Assembly: GCA_048938105.1 (NCBI GenBank)
Contig: JBHLMN010000021.1
Coordinates: forward strand, 1-41,598
Direction of reading: 5' to 3'
DNA length: 41,598 bases
Source: Promethearchaeota archaeon
GTDB lineage: Archaea; Asgardarchaeota; Heimdallarchaeia; Hodarchaeales; Hodarchaeaceae
The notes beneath the pieces are model-generated. The model was not told the origin of the DNA. It was given only the letters and a program-made list of their open reading frames with translations, and searched no databases. The position numbers were made by a program, and so were the translations under genes. This document shows positions 37,834 through 41,598 of this stretch, in pieces; within the stretch, counting starts at the first letter, position 1; each line of letters opens with the position of its first letter.

Positions 37834-38116
37834 CTATTATCACGAATATATATAATTTCTAATCTTTCGATCTTGAGGTTTGAAGACTTATAACAAATAT
37901 ATTTTACATTATTGAGGGAAAAAAGAGAATATTATAACATATAAGAAATATTTCTATTACTTCAAGATAAACGATCTAGGTCTTCTTAATGGAATTGCCA
38001 CATCAACTAGATTTATTTTTGTAAATTTGAAAAATGCTGATATAGCATTATAAAACAGATTAAAAGGTCGAAATTTCGAGAAAAGAACTAAAAAACGTAT
38101 TCTGAGGATTATCATC

Positions 38117-39328
38117 ATGGAAATCAGACAATTGACTCCTGAGGATCGGGAACCTTTTGCCCGACTAACACGTTATGCATTTGAACCAACGAAAAATACC
38201 TACGAGAATGTTGTTCCCAAGGATTATGAAGAGTCGCAGCCTTATCTCAAAGATATGAGTCAAGTTTTTGGGTGTTTCGATAACAATAACTTGGTGTCTA
38301 CATGTGCATTTTTCCCTTCAACCCTTATCATAAGAAACAAAGAACTCCCTATGTCTGGTATCTGGGGAGTAGCAACTGCACCTTCATATCGCAATAAGGG
38401 TCTTGTTCGACGAATATTACTCAGAATATTGGAAGAAATGAGGCAAAATCAAATCTTGATATCATGCTTATACCCATTTAAATTCTCTTTCTATGAACAA
38501 TTTGGTTGGAAACTTGCGAATGAAAATCATCGATACCATATTGAGACAAATAAATTCATTTCCCATCCAATAACAGATAGAGTTGTTCGTGAAGTTTTCA
38601 CATTAGACCACATTAAAGAGGTTTACTCTAAAATCGCAGGTTATAAATACAATTACATGCTTAAACGAACCGAGGATGATTGGCGCCGAAAAGTTAATCC
38701 TAAAGAACCAGGGTACTTATTCGTGTGCTATGATGCTAAAGATAACCCTACTGGTTATGTGATTGCACGATTCTTAGAACACCAACCTCCAAGTCCTGAA
38801 GGTGTTGACAAAAGCGAAGAAACAATTTACTTGTCAGAGATATTCTGGTATGATCGAAAAACTAAACAGGCGTTATTTAATTTCCTCAAAACACACATGG
38901 ATCATCGAGATTACATAACATTTTCTACAGCTGATTCTAATATGTTAGCATTTCTTAAAGAGGCAAGAATTAAAGCTAATGAGGTATTTCCTGCTTCAAT
39001 GACTCGAATTGTAGATGTTATCCCTGTCTTGGAAGCCTTTGACTATTCGGAAGAAACAAAACTAGTATTGAAGGTTATTGACCAATTTTGTGATTGGAAC
39101 AATAAGACATTCAGTTTTAATGTATCAGGGGGTAATGCAAAACTTGAGGAGACAACATCCTCCTATGATATATCCATCGAAATTGGATCTCTTTCTCAAA
39201 TGATTGTAGGCTACAGGGCTGCATCGCAACTATATGATTCATGGGAGATAGATTGCTCAAAGGATATACTCCCATTACTGGATCATCTTTTCCCTCTACA
39301 AAATAATTTCTTTCGGGATTTTTTCTGA
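38117..39328 (+). CDS. Eis-family GNAT acetyltransferase with C-terminal SCP2-like domain
   Basis: GVATAPSYRNKG, SCLYPF..FYEQFGW, MTRIVDV, DQFCDWNN, C-terminal DFF. Confidence 0.9.
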   Translation: MEIRQLTPEDREPFARLTRYAFEPTKNTYENVVPKDYEESQPYLKDMSQVFGCFDNNNLVSTCAFFPSTLIIRNKELPMSGIWGVATAPSYRNKGLVRRILLRILEEMRQNQILISCLYPFKFSFYEQFGWKLANENHRYHIETNKFISHPITDRVVREVFTLDHIKEVYSKIAGYKYNYMLKRTEDDWRRKVNPKEPGYLFVCYDAKDNPTGYVIARFLEHQPPSPEGVDKSEETIYLSEIFWYDRKTKQALFNFLKTHMDHRDYITFSTADSNMLAFLKEARIKANEVFPASMTRIVDVIPVLEAFDYSEETKLVLKVIDQFCDWNNKTFSFNVSGGNAKLEETTSSYDISIEIGSLSQMIVGYRAASQLYDSWEIDCSKDILPLLDHLFPLQNNFFRDFF

Positions 39329-39521
39329 GTTTCCAATACTATAGTTTATTAAGTGTTAATAAATTTGTTTATTACTCCTAACAACTATTTTTGTTGAGAA
39401 GATGTAGGAAATAACACAATATGTTGTTATACAAGACATCCTCACATTGTATATACTTGTGCATACATTTTGGCCACATAAGCTTTTGTACAAATCAGAA
39501 AGGGAATGAATCAGATAATAA

Positions 39522-40697
39522 ATGCTTTTTCAGGAAGTATTATCTCTATTGAAAGCCAGTGAATCATTTAGTATTGAAGAAGAGCTTAAAAAAGACTTCT
39601 CATACTCAAAAGGAAAAGTTTTGAGCTCTATGAATTGTGAAGCTGATCCTCTCGCGCAAGACGTTTTTCGTAACAACTTAGAGAAAAACTTGGGTGATCC
39701 TGCTTTATTTCCAGGCACTACAAACATAGAATATCATGTAATTAAGATCTTAGGTGGATTATTTCAGCAACCACCTTCTGGGACAGGTGTTATCCTCTCT
39801 GGTGGATCAGAAGCCAATGTTACAGCCCTTTGGGCTATTCGTAATAATAAGGACCTCAACTTAGAAACCCCAGAAATTATTGTTCCTGAATCTGTGCATA
39901 TATCCTTTGACAAAGCTGCGGATCTACTAAAATTGAAACTTATTAAAGTTCCCACAACACCTCAATATCAAGTTAATCTAGATGCAGTTATAGAAGCTAT
40001 AACAAAAAGAACAATAGCCTTAGTAGGGGTTGCTGGTACAACAGCCTTTGGCACTATTGATCCATTACAAGAATTAAATGAAATTTGTTTGAATCATCAG
40101 CTCGACATGCATATAGATGCTGCCTTTGGAGGTTTGGTTCTTCCATTTCTTCCCCAATCACGAGAAAGATTCTCTATTTCTTTTGATTTGAAATCAGTCG
40201 TATCTATTACTGTTGATATTCATAAGATGGGTCGTGTTCCTATCCCTGGAGGGAGTCTTCTTTGGAAAGATAATATCTACCCTCAAGCTATTCAGTTTAC
40301 ATTACCATATTTAGCTGGTAATCCAAAACAGATAACTATTACTGGAACTAGATCTGGAGCATCCGCGATTGCTTTTGCATCATTGTGGAATAAAATTGGA
40401 TTCAATGGTTTTCAGAAAATTGTTCTATCTTGTATTAAAAATACTCGATTTCTTGCTGAAGAGCTTAAGAAACGTGGATTATCAATTCCAATTGAACCTC
40501 TCATCAACATTCTTGGAGTAAAAATTCCATCAGATTATCCGTTAAATGTATTTGAGTTACATAGGAAGTTGTGGGAGCAAGGCTGGACTACAACTATTGT
40601 AAATGGGTGTTTACGGTTTGCTATTATGCCTTTAACTAGAAAAACTCAGCTTAAAAAGCTTCTACTCTTGATAGATCATCTAATTGAAATATCTTGA
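39522..40697 (+). CDS. mfnA: Group II PLP decarboxylase MfnA (L-tyrosine / L-aspartate decarboxylase)
   Basis: VLSSM, NLGDPALFPGT, SGGSEAN, HISFDKA, HIDAAFGG, DIHKMG (PLP Lys), TGTRSG. Confidence 0.9.
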   Translation: MLFQEVLSLLKASESFSIEEELKKDFSYSKGKVLSSMNCEADPLAQDVFRNNLEKNLGDPALFPGTTNIEYHVIKILGGLFQQPPSGTGVILSGGSEANVTALWAIRNNKDLNLETPEIIVPESVHISFDKAADLLKLKLIKVPTTPQYQVNLDAVIEAITKRTIALVGVAGTTAFGTIDPLQELNEICLNHQLDMHIDAAFGGLVLPFLPQSRERFSISFDLKSVVSITVDIHKMGRVPIPGGSLLWKDNIYPQAIQFTLPYLAGNPKQITITGTRSGASAIAFASLWNKIGFNGFQKIVLSCIKNTRFLAEELKKRGLSIPIEPLINILGVKIPSDYPLNVFELHRKLWEQGWTTTIVNGCLRFAIMPLTRKTQLKKLLLLIDHLIEIS

Positions 40698-40700
40698 AGA

Positions 40701-40853
40701 TTATAATAATCCTAATTCGTTCAGTATTCGATTTTCTGTAATTTCCTTTCCGTAAAGGATAGTTTCACCAATTTTAACCTCGGGTAAGGTTTTCAAATCA
40801 CGCTTTAGAAACTTTATAACTGAACCAACCTTCTTTATAATTAAATTAGCCAT
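40701..40853 (-). CDS. Small protein, 50 aa (MANLIIKKVGSVIKFLKRDLKTLPEVKIGETILYGKEITENRILNELGLL)
   Basis: Below the ORF-track cutoff. AGTGAT RBS-like sequence before the ATG; ends 3 nt from the convergent mfnA stop; protein-like composition. Confidence 0.55.
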   Translation of the reverse strand: MANLIIKKVGSVIKFLKRDLKTLPEVKIGETILYGKEITENRILNELGLL

Positions 40854-41001
40854 GCTTATCACTAGAATTTTACTTGTAATGATTTCTTCTTAAATGCGAT
40901 GATTATATGCAAGATCTCCCAAAAAACTCTGGAAATTATGTGTATTTATTTGTATTTATTGTTAAAAGCAGGAAAAAAAAGGGAATGGAGGAATGGATTC
41001 T

Positions 41002-41598
41002 TTAATCCTCAGGAGGGCTTCTCCGCAAAAGATCTTGAATAGTCAGTCCTTTTTTCTTCAACAAGAAGAATCCACCACCCGCAGCGGCCATTAAGCCAAC
41101 TACTATTCCTCCTATAATAATTACAGGACCAAAATCTGGGGCTTCGGATTGGATAGTAAAGACATAGGTATCTGAAGTCCAGTGACCTGCAGCATCTTGG
41201 GCATAGACGCGGAGTACGTGCTGACCAGGTTCAGTGGGAAGGGTGATGTTATAGGGAGCTGAGAGAGTCTGATTAGTAGTACCATCCCAATTATAAAGCA
41301 CTTTTTCGAGATTGACATCCGTTATAGTCAAATTGATGACTGTTTCTGGCGGATGGGTTGTTGCATTCATTGGGGAGTCCAAGGTTATGGTAGGTGCTGT
41401 ATCATCAGTAGTGAAAGTAAAAGTTACTGAGGCCCAATTCCCAGCATTATCGTTGGCATACACATATAGGACATGCTGTGTTTCACCAATGGGTAAAACA
41501 GTTGCATAATCCCCACTCCACGTCTGATTAGTGGAACCATCCCAATTGTAAAGGACAGTGTCTAGATGAGTATCAGTCACTGCCACATCGATGGTCAT
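41002..41598 (-). CDS. Ig-like repeat cell-surface protein, 5'-partial, with C-terminal TM anchor
   Basis: Two homologous units (D..L..VLYNWDG.TNQT...H(V)L.VYA.D.AG.W.S.T..FT) joined by DTAPTITLDSP; TM helix followed by KKK. Confidence 0.9.
   Translation of the reverse strand: MTIDVAVTDTHLDTVLYNWDGSTNQTWSGDYATVLPIGETQHVLYVYANDNAGNWASVTFTFTTDDTAPTITLDSPMNATTHPPETVINLTITDVNLEKVLYNWDGTTNQTLSAPYNITLPTEPGQHVLRVYAQDAAGHWTSDTYVFTIQSEAPDFGPVIIIGGIVVGLMAAAGGGFFLLKKKGLTIQDLLRRSPPED

Noticed and set aside
1113-41509. Short ORFs nested in or antisense to long genes (e.g. 1113, 1713, 2904, 5903, 6440, 6550, 11386, 11650, 11696, 16791, 18153, 22177, 23825, 24111, 24637, 26645, 27083, 27946, 28923, 32104, 33626, 33693, 35868, 37493, 39530, 39764, 41121, 41312)
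   Set aside because: They overlap well-supported genes in another frame or strand and have no recognisable motifs.
1-41598. Genome-wide TAG or TGA recoding, or selenoproteins
   Set aside because: TAG and TGA both terminate full-length conserved genes here; no pyl/sel genes and no in-frame TGA at a Cys-equivalent position were seen.
1-41598. CRISPR array, tRNA/rRNA, transposase or integrase
   Set aside because: No regularly spaced repeats, cloverleafs, rRNA-like tracts or DDE/HUH/tyrosine recombinase ORFs were seen on reading.

Overview
AT-rich, gene-dense archaeal chromosomal window. SerK, MfnA, GGTGA/GGAG ribosome-binding sites, oligo-T terminators, PGF-like C-terminal sorting signals and a multi-PAS histidine kinase suggest an Asgard archaeon, possibly Heimdallarchaeia/Hodarchaeales; this is an inference. 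It encodes about 35 proteins: peptidases (CPBP, M28/DUF4910, M32, M42), transporters (ZupT, ECF A-A'/T, ABC-2, MFS), PLP enzymes (threonine synthase-like, D-threonine aldolase-like, MfnA), SerK, ThyX, an Eis-type GNAT, several C-terminally anchored surface proteins, regulators and hypotheticals. I found no tRNA, rRNA, CRISPR array or transposase. Signals the ORF track does not explain: (1) a candidate K-turn-capped small RNA at 7761-7853; (2) a structured leader that pairs with the RBS of a HipA-like kinase, which is followed by a YkgJ gene; (3) an in-frame TAG splitting a surface-protein gene; (4) an operon of a micro-ORF, a polyproline/RHH/duplicated-domain protein and an unknown protein, with a palindrome over its TATA box; (5) an orphan 3' remnant of a surface-protein paralogue; (6) three genes missing from the ORF track. 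All RNA folds were worked out by eye, not computed.
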